64,000 nt of DNA from Rhina ancylostomus (taxonomy: Eukaryota). Below are positions 50,340-64,000 of this stretch, in pieces. Position numbers and translations under genes: made by a program. The notes beneath the pieces are model-generated. The model worked only from the letters and a program-made list of their open reading frames with translations, made no database searches and was not told the origin of the DNA. The stretch is taken from assembly GCA_030265395.1 (NCBI GenBank), contig JARFYF010000084.1:105317706-105381705 (forward strand), given 5' to 3'. The stretch's first letter is position 1. Each line of letters opens with the position of its first letter.

Positions 50340-52300
50340 CATTTGTTAACAGCAGTGGGCATGGATCCACAAGGGGAAAATCCTGCCTGACCGACCTCCT
50401 TGACTGCTCTCAGGAAATCTTAACCCAAGTGGACTGTGGTAAGTCCTATGACGTGTTATACCTTGATCAATTGCCAGTAAAACGTTGTTAATTAAATTCA
50501 AAGCTGTGGGGATTCATAGTAAACCCTGGGAATGGTTAAGAAACTAGCTGAAGGGTAGGAAACAAGTACTCGTTAGAGGAGTCATGCCAGAATAGTTGGG
50601 GGTGGGGAGGGGAGGTTAGTACTGAGTGATCTGCCTTGGGGCTCGGTGTCTGGCCCACTACTGTTTCCAATTACATAAATGACCTGGGCTCAAAACAATG
50701 CCAAGTAATCAAATTTACAGGAGATACAAACTTGAAAAGGCAATGCAATCAGGTGAGGTAGCTCAGGAATAATAGAATGGCTGGGGAAAATATGTAAGTG
50801 GAAAGAACATTAACAGATATGTACAAAATACTACACATGCAAAGTAGACAAGACCTTTACACCAGCAATGGTGCTGGAAAAGTTAAGGATGAAATTGAAA
50901 GAGCTTGGAAAAAAGTGTCTTCATAGAATCAGAATAACCACTCAAAATGGTCAACAGAATAATGAATTACATAATCATTGGAGAACATAAGTCAGAGTTG
51001 GTGATTAAATTACATAGTGCTTTGCATTTCTTTTTCTAGGCAGACCCTCATGATCAAGGAGGACTTTCTTCCACTCCAGTTCTGTAGGTTTGGAGGTGGC
51101 TAATAAGGCCAACTCTTCCACAGAAGGGGTTGGGGATGACTGATGAGGCAGACAAGTGGTTTGTGAGGTGGTACGTTCCTTCCGTCACTTACGCAGGGCT
51201 TCCGTGTGTTCATGATGCAAACACACAGAAGTCAAACCATCCTGAATGCTTCTCTTCCACTTTGGGTGGTCGTGAGCCAGAAGTTTACAGTGGTCACTGG
51301 GGACATTGCATTTCTTCAAAAAGGCTTTGAGCACATCCTTGAATCTTTTCTCCTATCCGCCTGATAATCTGCTCCCATGACAGAGATTGGAATGGAGTAT
51401 CTGTTTCAGGAGTCTGGTGTTGGGCATGCAAACAATGTGGCTTGCCCAGTATAGTTGACTGAGAGGAACTAGGCTGGGGATGCTAGCCTGGGAGAGGACT
51501 TTGACATGGGTTTGTTTATCCTCAGAGAATTTGGATGACTTTTCAGAGACAGCATTGGTGATATTTTTCCAGTACCTTATTGTGCTTGCTGTCCAGTTCT
51601 CAGAAGCATGTAGGAAGAAAGGGGTCACTGCTGCCTGGTAGTCTATGAGTTTTGTTCAGATCTGAATTCTAAATTATCAATATCCTTTTCCTCAATTAAC
51701 AAAAAGCTGTGTTGGTGCATTGAAAGTGATGGTAACTTTCATCACTGATCTCTGTCTTCACCGAGAGAAGATTTTGGAGTGATTCATGCTTTGCAGGGCC
51801 ACTTTGTGAACCTTTATTTGTCAGACAACAGTTCAGCACGGGAAGATTGACAGAGGAGCTTGGCCTTACGGATGTTGAGTGAAAGGCCCACTGTCTCATA
51901 TACTTTGATGAATAAGTTGGATGTCTTGGAGCTTGGCTTCTGTGCTCAGACATAAGCATCGCCACAGACAATCAAACACTGGAAGCAGTTCTAACAGCAA
52001 TGATATTGATTCCTTGTGTATGAGTTATAGTAAAACAACTGGGCTGCACAACCCTCACCCAGAGCTACTTGGAGGTAACTAATGGACACATACGTGACAA
52101 TTAAGTATTTACTCAGAATTTTACCTAAAATCAAAATATGTCAGTAGTAAGAAGTTCTAAACAGTATAAGGTAAATTTAAGATTGATAGTAGGAAACCCT
52201 CTTCACGGGGGTGGAGTGATAGATATGTGGATAAACATCAAACTAAATAGTTTTGTCAAAAGCCTGCAATAATTTTAAAAGGACATTGAATGTGATATTG
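50340..52300 (+). mobile_element. Old CR1 RT remnant (50340-51030, resuming about 52120-52300) split by an RTE insertion
   Basis: KSCLTDLLDCSQEILTQVDCGKSYDVLYLD, GSVSGPLLF, YINDL and KFTGDT; a 3' portion follows the RTE. Confidence 0.7.
51035..52010 (-). mobile_element. RTE-clade LINE remnant
   Basis: VLSQASIPS...QLYWASHIVCMPNTRLLKQILHSNLCHGSRLSGG is a typical RTE ORF C-terminus; A-rich end at about 51030. Confidence 0.85.
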
Positions 52301-53444
52301 GGGAGATATTCAGGTGTCTGATGAAGTGGATAAGATGACTGTTGTCATCAGAAATGCTTACTTAAAATACTACCTTGGAATCTATATGCAACATGACAGA
52401 CACCATTGCTGGGAGATTTCAAGTCACTCCAAAAATTCAAGCTCTTGTGGCCAAAGCGATTCCTGTGTAAGGGTGCATGGGACAATGTTATTCCCAATGC
52501 TCGCTCCTTTTGGAACAATGTGGGGGAATCTGGACTATTGTTGGTCACTCATGGGACCACCAGGTCTTCCAGCAGAATGCTGAATTGAGACACCTATCTG
52601 GCAAGTTCCTTGTCTTCCTGTAATAATTCTGCTCCCCTAACATTTTCAACCAAGCCCAAGTCCATCCATTGACCTTCAGAGAGCCCAACCCTGTGATTGT
52701 CCCAGCAAAGGCCTTGCTCAGGTCTGTTGCCCCTGGCCATCCAAATACCCTAATTTTGACATCTTTGATCCAGTTCAATCCCAAAAGGCCCGTGTGCAAC
52801 AGAAGTTTATAAAGCCCACCGAGCAAACATTTTTCAGGTCATAGGAATCTCTGGACTTTTCTCTTCAATCAAATAGTCACACAAATAAAATACATCTCCC
52901 ATATCCTTGGAAAATGCATTGCGAAGCTATTGTTTTAAAAAGCAATATTTTCACGATAGTTCTTGAATAAGTGAAACTTTACAGTGACAAGTCATATATA
53001 ATAAATATTATGGGAAGATTTTTCCACTTCCAGTGGTTATCTCGAAATGGCCAGTAACAGAAAATGGACAAATCTTCTTGCCCATAGCCAATCCAACATC
53101 AAACTGGTTGCGTGCTCAAAGGTGAAGGTATATTTATAATTCATAAATTGCATAAAGGGCCAGATTTTACTTTGAGCAATGGAGGGAGGTATTTTGTTAT
53201 TTAACTTGACAATTGTCCAGAGATTTCTTGTGGATTTGTCGATAGGAAGCTGAAATAAAGTGGTGCTCTTTACTGGGGATTTGTGAAAAGTGTGAGCAGT
53301 TCAAGCTGCACAGAGATTCTTCCACCCAACTGACTGAAAACATGAAGACCACAATGAAGTACAGAACAAGAAATATAAATTGCATTTAAATCATTGCACA
53401 GCAAATAAAAGGACATACATTTCAGAATAAAACAGAATGCTAAA

Positions 53445-53660
53445 AGACATAAGAAATATAGGAATAGGTTACCCTGCCCTTTGAGTCTGCTCTACTATTT
53501 GATAAAATCATATCTTACCTACTTGATGCTGGAACCCCAAACCCCTTGATTCCCTTAATACTCAAAAATCTATTGATCCCTGTCTGAGCATACTCGACAA
53601 CAGAATATCTACATCCCTCTTAGAATTCCAAAGACTTTCAACGTCTCATGTGAAATTGAA
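53445..53660 (-). mobile_element. CR1 3' end, decayed
   Basis: cataagaaatataggaatagg...ccccttgattccctta...gaattccaaag. Confidence 0.7.
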
Positions 53661-56600
53661 ATGGCTGACAATACTATTGACTGCTAATCTGATAATATGT
53701 CCCTTAGTTCAGTGAAAAGAAAAGGCCTTGTTGGCATTTATAGTTCAGGTTGATGACTTTTCATCAGAACAATGAACAGTGTGTTTCAGATGGTTTGGGT
53801 TTGAGATTTTTAAAAAATCCACCTAACCCAATCTCACCAATTCAGAGGGTAAAAATTTACTTCCATTTTATTATTCCATAAAATTTCATTGAATTTAAAG
53901 TACTACACACAAGAACATTGAAGATTAAGAGTGATTTAAATATATAGTGACCAAAAACACAAGTGACACATGATATTTACGGCACCTTATGGAGGAACAT
54001 TTATTCACCTATTTATCTTGACAACAACTTCCACTTAAATAAGAATTCTAAAAAATTATTTATTCATTCACGTGGACAGTGAANNNNNNNNNNNNNNNNN
54101 NNNNNNNNNNNNNNNNNNNNNNNNNNNNNNNNNNNNNNNNNNNNNNNNNNNNNNNNNNNNNNNNNNNNNNNNNNNNNNNNNNNAAAAAATTATTTATTCA
54201 TTCACAGGATATGAACATTGCTGAAAATGCTGGCATTTATTGTCCATCCACAATAGCCCTGAACTGAGGAGACACTGATGGGTCTGAAGTCAGAATGGTA
54301 AAGATGCAGACTTCTTTCCCTGAAAAACATTACTGACCCGGATGAATGAGGTTTTTTACAGCAATCCAGTAGTGTCATGGTTACAATTTCTGACTAATTT
54401 TTATTTTATTTCCATATTCTATTTAATTAATTGAAATTCCCCAGCTGCCATAGTGCCATTCAGACTTTTGGTTGCTAGTCTAGTAACATAACAACAATAC
54501 CACAGTATTCCTTAGAGCACTTAACATAATATAGCATCCTAAGATACTTCAAAGGGATGTTCTCATATTAAATCTGACACCAATGAGATTTTAGTCCATG
54601 TAACCAAAAGCTTTATGGATTGTCTTCCATAAGGTAAAAAAAAGAGATAAAAATGCAAAGGGATTGAGGGAGAGAATTCTAGATCCTGGGATGAAGGCAA
54701 GTCTATGAATAGGAAACCAAGGAGACAGTGGATATACAAGAGGTTTGGATGAGAGGATCTGCAATCTTAAAGGATTTCAAGGCCAGAGGATATTACAGAG
54801 GTGAATGTTGTCTATTTTATTGTGGTGTTTGGGAGGTGGGAATATATTTTAATTTTTATTTAAATGCTGACAAGAAAGCAATAAGGAGGTAGAGCCATAG
54901 CCTAGAAATTGGATTGCAAAGGGCCGTGTTTGCATGTGCCACCCAATCCAATTTCAAATAAAAAAATTAAAAATCAATGTCAAGCTCAATTTTCATTCTG
55001 AGCCTTCCATGCATCTGGCACTCTAACCCACTGAGGATGGTGATGTGTGTGCAATAGGTCCAACACACACCTGGATGCCATTTTCATAAATTTCATTTGC
55101 AGTTGCACGCCTGTGTTGACTATAATCCACTTGTCCACAAGTAGGCATTCACAGTACCGGGGGAGCTTGCTTCAACACAACAAGGCCTGGCCTAAATAGG
55201 TCCAAGGCTGCCATCAGAAACTCTGTTCAGTTGGTCCCTTTTACAACAGGTAATTACTCAGTTCTTCTATGGGGCCTGCATCCACAGTCTGCCATCAGAA
55301 TTACTCTCAATTGCCCACCAGACCCATATGACCATTGCATCTATCCAATATCCAGCAAGAACTTTCCAACCCTCCTCAACCACAGATCATACCATCTGTC
55401 TACTAACCTCAATTACCATCAACTCACTAGTAACTACTCACCAACTAGTAATCCTACATCCTCTGACCACAACCTATCAAACTCATCCCCAATTACCAAA
55501 TCTGCTCCTGACCAATCCATAGCAACCAACCCATCCCTATACGGCTACCCATCAAAAGCTGGACCTGCGTTCAGTCCATAACTCTCCACTGCTGAGCTGG
55601 TGAAGGAATGCCTCAGATCTGCAAAGCCTGTTTAGTAGCACACAATGCCTGAATTTCCTAGTGGCAAAACTACAAACAAAATGTTTGTTAGCTTTCCACA
55701 AACCAGCTACTTAATGCACCATTTTGGCATCCTCATTGACATCAAAAAGAATAGCAATGAGCCAAGGATTTCAGAAGCCCTTTTTTTTATCATTTTTAAA
55801 TTCATTTAACAATATAAATATGAATCAGAATTATACTGTACTACTTTTATCACATAGGCTGATATGTGAAACAACTCCATAGAAATGAATTGTAACAGAG
55901 TATTCTGCAGAATTGGTCACAGTCAGTGTTCATACTCCACATGAAACTTCTCTGACCTTAGTTCATCTCACCCTAGCTGATCATTGACTCAACCTTAGGA
56001 GTTTGTTATTTTTACTCTGAGCTTCACCATTTACATTAATAACAATGTTGTGCCATGTCAATCAGATTAAGATTCCCACCAGCCAATTCTTCTTGAGGGC
56101 TGATCCAGAAAAGTAAAGCCCATCAAAATGAAACAAAATTATCTGATGCTCAGACCAGAATAAATGTGAAATAATCTTATCATCTAAAAAAGGTCAAAAT
56201 TTTGTTATATTCAATTTCAAAAAGCACAATATTCTTTAAAAGACTTTGCATACCTGGCATATTTTTAATGTACCAACAAATCTTCCCCGGTTTGGTTTTG
56301 TGCACAGATCACAGAACATACTATATATAATGTGATGCAACTGGGAACCAGTGTGGAAATTCTTACTCTGATCCCCACCTTCTTATGTCAGAACCAGATC
56401 TTGTGCAAGAATAGTTCTTCGCTTAGAAGGTAAATCTTAGTAGCACCACAATGGATGGCACAAATATAATGTGATTCTGACCAGCTAGTTACTACGTAAG
56501 TGAATGTTGAAGTTGTCATCTATGCAAATCCTATCCTTTCCTGCACAGCTGTTCAGAAAATAAAAGCCATGCTCCATCACACCACAGTAATTAGATTTTA

Positions 56601-59600
56601 CTGCACTAGAGAACATTACTGTTAAACCATTGGAAAGGATTCCATAAACCAATAATCTGAATACAACACAGATATTAAACATGTCATCTTTCCATACTGA
56701 TTCAACTTTTTAGACCTGTATGATATTTATTTATTGAAATGTATATAATGATGGAATTATTCCCTCTTGTCCTTACTTCCATTTAAGCACTTAAACTGTT
56801 TAAGCTTCTGAATTGTATTCTTTTTCCCAATTATATGAATAAGATCTTTTTAAAATTTATATGTCACCCACCAACACAGAAATGTAATATTTAAAAGTTT
56901 TAAGTTTCATTCCCCAAATATAAATAACCATGGATAAAACAGCCTGACATTTATAAAACTAAAGCATGGAACTCTTCAGAAAGACATCAGTTTGACAGTC
57001 CAGTTTCTTAGTGCACCAAATTCACATCCGGACTCATATTTTTAGATACAAAGCTGACCAAAAAGACTGAATAGATATGTGCTTAATTAAGAAGCAATTC
57101 TGAAAGCTATGGTACAGGCTGGCCCGTCTTGCTATGAAACAATTTCCATACAAAGCTTAGAGAATGGACATGTAATTAAAAACAGACCGTTAGTTATATT
57201 GGCAAACCTAATATGTATGATGTGTAAATGTATAGAAACATAACAAATGCCATTTCCTTTCGAAAAACGTCACACCAGAGGGAGCAGCTAAGCAAGCCAG
57301 CCTGCAGAGTTGAAATGTGTTTACTGCATGGTAAAACCCTATTTAATCCTTTTAGACTGCCCCTTCCCCACCACAGTTTTATGTGCAAGTTAAACAGGAT
57401 AGATCAACCCTGAAGCAATTGGAGATTCCAAAGTGCTTACAACATCCAATGTAGATTAATGTCAGTAATCTTTTCTAGGGCAGATNNNNNNNNNNTGAAC
57501 ATTTGAGATGGACTTCCTCACATTATTAGTATTAGGTATAGGCCCTGAGAGATTCCAAATTAGCTTAATGCTGCCACTTGTAAAAGTGGATTGTAGACAC
57601 CTTTTTATCAACCTACATGACAATATGCATTGTGAAGTGTGCAACTGACATCTGTTGGCAGAAATGCAGTACTGCACAAAAGCAATTGCCATTCTGTCAC
57701 AAGTACGTTGGTAGAATTTATTCTCAGAAAGTTTAGCTGTCAGTTAGACACAGGAATGCTGGCACTCTCTGGTATGTCACCTTCGAAACACAACAATCCA
57801 GTTTAGGAGCTTTGAATTTGGTGGACACCATAGGTAGTGGCTGGAGGCTGGCACCGCAGTACTGACTTCTCCCTGGAGCTCAATAAACCAGCATCAAGTT
57901 GCTGTCTCTGTGCCGTTCCTGCCTCCTCAAACCATGTAGGTACATCTGGCAAGCAAGAAGAACGTGCTTGAGTTTTATATGAACTACTGAGCAGCTTCCC
58001 CTACTGGCCCCAACTGAAAGATTATTTTACAGAAGTAAAAGAATCACACAAAGTATCTTTGACTTTCAGCAAGATCCCTGCAGCACCTGAGAAGGTCTGG
58101 CATTGTACTGCACCAGCTGTGTCAGTTCTCTCCAGCAAGTTTCAATTTCACTTCACAGAGATTTGGAAGTGAAGCTGTGAACCATCTGCAGTTGACACAC
58201 ACACAACCTGGTCTGCAGGCTGGGTGTTCCTTGTCTTGACCCAACATAACCACTACAGCTTTGTGAATAGAGCTTTGGGATACAGTATTTCTAAAGGACT
58301 GATTAAGAGATATAAAGTGATATAAACAAAAACTCAGTCATTATTAAAGGCCCATGCCTGCTGCACAATGAGTGGGGCAGCAGAACCCAATGCTTTTGCT
58401 GAAGGATTAAAGTTACCAGTACCTGGGTAGCTGGTGAGGCATCTCCGTAATTATCAAAGTTACTGAGGGTGGAGCCACCACTTACACTTGGAGAGGTCCT
58501 GTGCTGCACAGGGCTTTGTTAATCAGCTGCGAGCTGACCTCCTATCACAAGATGATACTGGAAAACAGCGTGTGGTTTGAGGGCAGGCAATTGGAGAGTT
58601 TGTGCTGCTTGTTGGTCATCAGAAGACCTGGCATTTTGTGATCTGCATTTCTCAAAGGGGTAGTTCCATATTCATTATCCAGTCGTTAGAATTAAACATG
58701 TATTTTGGATGTCGAGAATAAACTCAAGTCTTGAAACTGAATGTTGTAAGAATACCAATAATAAATTATCAGGATGTAGGTCTTCTGATGGGATGACCGT
58801 TACAGAATCAGAATCAGGTTTATTATCACCAAAATTTGCTGTTTTGCAGAAGTAGTACAGTGCACAGACATAAAACAGAAAACTCAAATGACTGAGACAA
58901 TCATACCTGTATCCATATTCGTACACAAAAGAAATTAATTGCAATGGCATAGTGATGATTTTGAGCTACAAAATGTAATACAGACTGAAGGCCAATTCAT
59001 TAACATATTACAATTATCTGTTCTTTGCTTGGACTATTTATCATTGTATTTTAGAAATTGATCTAATCTGATAGTGTTAGCAAGACAGTCAATGACCAGG
59101 GAAAGAAACAGATGTAAACCGAGTAAATCTTTTACTCTAGGAGTTGTTGAAGCACATTATCTAAATGGTGATGCAATCAGGCTGAAGACCTACTTAAAAG
59201 GAAGGGATGCAGGATTATGGGAAAGGAGAAGACAGGGATTAATGGGATAGTCTTCAAAAAGCCAACAGAGGCAAGATGAACCAAGTGGTCTAACTTCTAT
59301 TTTGCATACGACTCTAATATTTGAATTTGCCATTTGGTGCAAACATACATACTCAAAATGTTGAAGAATTCTGAGAAATAACTCCTTTGANNNNNNNNNN
59401 NNNNNNNNNNNNNNNNNNNNNNNNNNNNNNNNNNNNNNNNNNNNNNNNNNNNNNNNNNNNNNNNNNNNNNNNNNNNNNNNNNNNNNNNNNNNNNNNNNNN
59501 NNNNNNNNNNNNNNNNNNNNNNNNNNNNNNNNNNNNNNNNNNNNNNNNNNNNNNNNNNNNNNNNNNNNNNNNNNNNNNNNNNNNNNNNNNNNNNNNNNAT

Positions 59601-60526
59601 TTTGCATTTTCTATTTTTTGAGTTTTTTTTAAATCTTGCTCATATTTCTCTCCATTATTTCCAATCAAAACACACAACAACAAAGCTTAATGGAAACATA
59701 AAGCCCACACTGTCCGTGATCATGGTACCATGATACCAAGAAGACAATTTGTTTCCTTTCCCCCAAAATTAAAATAGTAAGATAGCAACTAGATGGCTGA
59801 AACAAATGCCAAGGTTGCCAAGAGCTGTGAGATCTCATCTGCCTCAGTTTCTTAAGTCTTTCACCTGAGATAAACATTCGTTCTGATGGCCGAGCCGAGG
59901 CTGTAAATTCTAAATGGTGGGCAGGAAGATGGAGTTATTAGATCAGAATTAAGCCCAATTGTCCTTGCAAACATAATAAAGCTTTTCATTTGTTCTGTTT
60001 CCACTGTTTCCTCCTCTAAATATTTGAGCAATAAATGCATGATGGATACAATTTCTCATCTAATATCCACATATTATTACAACATCTACCTCTGAAGGTT
60101 CACCAATGTTAGTCCCAGTATAGCTATCGCTGTGGGATTTAGATAAACCAAAGTAGGACAGTGCAGGATTAACACTTTTCTAAGCTATAGTTCATGCAAT
60201 GATTTGCTGTAATCTTTTTTTGTCTACATGATGCAATGGGCTTACAAACCGATTTTGTAAATCTAGTTTATAAACCATACCTTCATATAGGTCTCTGTTT
60301 CTTTACCATCTAGGAAATATATGAAGATAATTTTACAGTTTGCTAATATGGTAATGAATACAAGAAAAAATCTACATAGGCACAAATAAGATACTACAGT
60401 TTACAGTTGAAGTCACTCAGGTATTACTTATTGAACATGTATGAAAAGATAGTTTCAATTTAAAGAAAAACCTTAATCATAATGCATGCCTCACACTCTT
60501 AAGCAACCCAAATGGTGGAAGACAAT

Positions 60527-60670
60527 AAAGACTGCAGATGCTGGAATCCAGAACAAAAACAGAACACTGGAAGAACTCAGCAGGTCAAGCAGCATAAGGT
60601 GCAAGTTGACTTACACTATTGCCTCCACAGATGTTGTTTGACTCACTGAGTTCTTCCAGTGTTGTGTTTC
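60527..60670. mobile_element. Penelope-derived palindromic element
   Basis: ctggaagaactcag...tcaagcagcat is inverted with atgttgtttgac...ctgagttcttccag. Confidence 0.7.
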
Positions 60671-62019
60671 TAACCCTAATGTTTCACAGTTAATAAATTA
60701 CTTTTCAAGTGCAAGATATTATATAGCTAGTGACAACAGCTAATTTGTATACAAAAAGTCCCAGAGTTAGTTGTTCTGTTTTGATGGCTTTGAAGCACAC
60801 ACTACAAAACTCTGTTGCTCTTCCTCAATAATTAGATTGCATTTTTCACTTCAACAAGCTATTTGGTCCCCAGTTTAACATTTTCTTTCAAAGACGATGC
60901 CCTTAGCAAAGCAAGGTTCCTTTAGTTCTGTGCTTATATCCTGTAGCTTAAAGCTCCAATAGATAATTAAAAACTTACTCAAAGAGCTAGGCTTTAAAGA
61001 ATGTCTTAAATGATTAAAGAGATGATTGCAGACCCCAGCTCAAACAACTAATCACATTATAAATTTCTGCCTTTTACAGTGTAGTGTCAGTGTCTTCCAT
61101 GTGGTGACAACCGACGCCATTAAATAGACCTTAGATATCAGTCTATGACTCTAATTTGCTATTATAATACTTCATATGAAGTACATTATAGATTTATGCC
61201 ACAAGAAGCAAAAACAAAACAATAAACAGCTTTCTGTTCATTAACACATCTGTCAACTACCCCTTGCTTCCTGCTATAAGGCCAATTTTGGATACAANNN
61301 NNNNNNNNNNNNNNNNNNNNNNNNNNNNNNNNNNNNNNNNNNNNNNNNNNNNNNNNNNNNNNNNNNNNNNNNNNNNNNNNNNNNNNNNNNNNNNNNNATA
61401 CCCTTTGGGTCCCATGGGCAGTAACTTTTCTAATCAGGCTCCTGTGTGGGAAGTTGTCAAAGGCCTTGCTAAATTCTACGTTGACATTACCCTCATCAAT
61501 TCTATTTGTTACCTAATAAAATATTTAATTGTTGGTCTAACTCAAACTTCCCTCAATATATTCATGCTAAATATCCTTATTCAATCTATGACATATTAAA
61601 TGATGATTTTTGTAATCCTTCAGATGTGTTGTTAAACGTTATATTCAAACCTCTTCCATCCAGATGAGAAACCTTAAAACGTAGCCCTCCCTTTTGAGAA
61701 ACTTGCATAGTTAATTATCAATGCTCCTTCATTCAGTTCTCCTTCCCTTGGCCCCTCTTCATCAGTCACTCAAACAAAGAGTTTACTATTCCATTATTTA
61801 GCGAGAAAATATATCTCTATCCTGCAAAAGTGTGCTACTAAGTTTGAGCTGATTTCTTTCTTTCACATAACACTCTACGCACAGCTCAGCACTATATCTT
61901 TGTACTAGTTACTATAACGGCGTCAAGCAACATATAAACATACACTTTCAACATTTAACTATTATAGGTTAACATAAGTATTATTGTCATCAAAGCACAC
62001 ATTTTATTTATCATCCATC

Positions 62020-63240
62020 ACAGAAACATAGAAAAATAAGAGTAGGCTATTTGGCTTACTCCCCCATTTGATACAACTACCCATACACTCTGAGGGCATT
62101 TTGCATCTAGAAACTTATCCATCTTTTAAATATATTCATTACTTTGACCCCTACAGCCCTCTCTTATAGCAAATTCCACAGCTTCATAACTCTTTGAGTT
62201 AACAAATTTCTCCATATTTCAGTCCTAAATGTCTGACCTGCATCCTGAGACCATGACTGCTCCTTCTAGACATCCCAGACAAGAGGAATATCCTCCTCAC
62301 CTCCAATCTGCCCAACCCTGATAGGATTCTACAAGTTTCAATCAGATGTCCTCTCATTCTTCCAAAGTCGGTACAAATATGGTTGACTTAATTTCTTCCC
62401 TTCTGTCAGTCTGGTGAAACTTTCATTCACTCCCTCTTAGATAAAGAGACTAAAACCATACATTACTCCAGTTGTGATCTCACCAAGGCTCTCAGATGCC
62501 CCAAGGCAAATAATCGTAGTTAGACATTCTTGTTCCTATGCTCATACTTTGTTGCAACAAAGGCAAAGATTCCATTTGTCATCTTAACTGCTCACTTCAC
62601 CTGCAGGTTTGCTTTTAGTGACTGGTATACAAGAACATCCAGTCTGTCTGACAGTCATCTTGAATCTAGTTTGCATTTTCCTCACAATTCACAATCCCAC
62701 CCAGTTTAGTTGCCTTGGCAAACTTGAAATATTGTTTTGTTCCCAATGCACAAATGCCTGCAGTACCACTAATAGTTACTGCCTGCCACTACAAAAAGAC
62801 CCAATTATTCCTACTTCGTTACCTGTCTTTCAATCAATTTTCAATTTGTGCTAATACATCACCTAAAATACCATAAACTTTGATTTAACAGACCAACCTT
62901 TTATGTAGGATGTTGTCCAAGGCTTCCTGAATATCCAAGTGCACCACATCCACTGTGTCTGCCTTTTCTATTCAGCTACATTCACAAATAACTCCACCAG
63001 GTTTTTCAAAAAGAAACTATTTCCCTTCCAAAAATCTATGCTGATTTTGTCCGATCCTGTTCATATTCTCTAAGTGTGCTGTTATCTCATCTTTTATAAT
63101 AGTTTCTAACATTTTCCCCCACTAGTGATTCTGCAAAATGATAACCAATGCATTTCGACAGCTACCTCGTTTGGTACTCTGAGATGCAAATTATCAGGCC
63201 CTGGGGATTTATTAGCTTTCAGCACCATTAATTTCTCCAG
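62020..63240 (-). mobile_element. CR1 LINE remnant (RT to 3' UTR)
   Basis: Reverse complement gives VDVVHLDIQEALDN, SKFAK and KSPGPD motifs, with a cacagaaacatagaaaa tail. Confidence 0.85.
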
Positions 63241-64000
63241 CTTTATTTTCTCATAGATAGCTTTGCACTATTTTCTTACTTTTCATGGAGTAACTGACCA
63301 TCCAACATGATATTAACTCTTTTCAATGGTATTTTTTAAAAAGGGAACAGTTTCAGCATTTCTAGTGAAAATGTTAAAGTTCTTTCAATATTACATGTTG
63401 TTATGTTTTGAAGACTTTGTTAGCCTGTGGAACTGACCTCGGTATAAAATGTGTGTACATTTGCATTGTAATGCAAGTTTTCATTTGTTGCTTTCTTTCA
63501 CTTTATGGTGATTTGATTTATCTTGTGTTTGTTATTGTGACACAGAAAATATATTTTTTACATGCTGATTTCTCAAAGGAAAATAACTTTCAGTAGCTAA
63601 TTGCTTTTAATTCTATTTTGTTTTCACATAAAGCAAATATGCCTTCTTCACAAACTTCCAGTTTAGAATCAGATTTTGCTGTTATAGCTAGCTTTTTGCC
63701 AAAGGAAATACATTAATCAGAAACAACACTAACATGCTCCACAAATGTTTATTTGAAAGAAGTGTCTTCATAGTAATAAAATAATTAATTTTTCCATTGA
63801 TTTTTTTTATGAACAGGAAGTTCAGATTAGGTTATTTTGATCCCCAACAGCAGGGTTTAGCTGCAGCTATAAAATAATCTCCAAGGAATGCTGTAAAATA
63901 CTGTGCAGCAGGCTTGTAAAACACAGTGCACTGGCAAGTCATTAGAAAATTCATGGAAGAGCTGCAGTCCAAATTTAATGCTGTACCAACAAAAATTACA

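Larger units (their letters stand above)
28782..64000 (-). other. JAZF1: JAZF1 intron upstream of the exon (probable intron 2, partial)
   Basis: Ends at the AG acceptor. I did not find the preceding exon (...YVALSYINR) by eye. Confidence 0.7.

Overview
Eukaryotic, AT-rich, gapped genomic DNA. The repeat content (CR1, Rex1/Babar, RTE and L2 LINE remnants, tRNA-derived V-type SINEs, Penelope-derived elements) looks like a cartilaginous fish, probably a batoid; this is inferred from remembered repeat families, not from a search. The only host coding sequence I can support is one 197-bp internal exon of JAZF1 on the minus strand (28585-28781, canonical AG/GT), so the window is most likely JAZF1 intronic sequence on both sides. 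The other ORFs are transposon debris or noise. The most notable items are: a fossil two-gene PIF/Harbinger transposon (Myb/SANT-like gene plus HARBI1-like transposase) with younger retroelements nested in it; a TA-flanked Tigger/pogo-like MITE carrying a CpG-rich 32-bp tandem array; a tRNA-Gly(TCC) pseudogene abutting a SINE; SINEs with one head and two different LINE-derived tails; inverted SINE pairs; and repeat-free blocks that may be conserved enhancers of the HoxA-JAZF1 regulatory landscape. I found no convincing evidence of a wholly new biological system. Repeat boundaries were estimated by eye.
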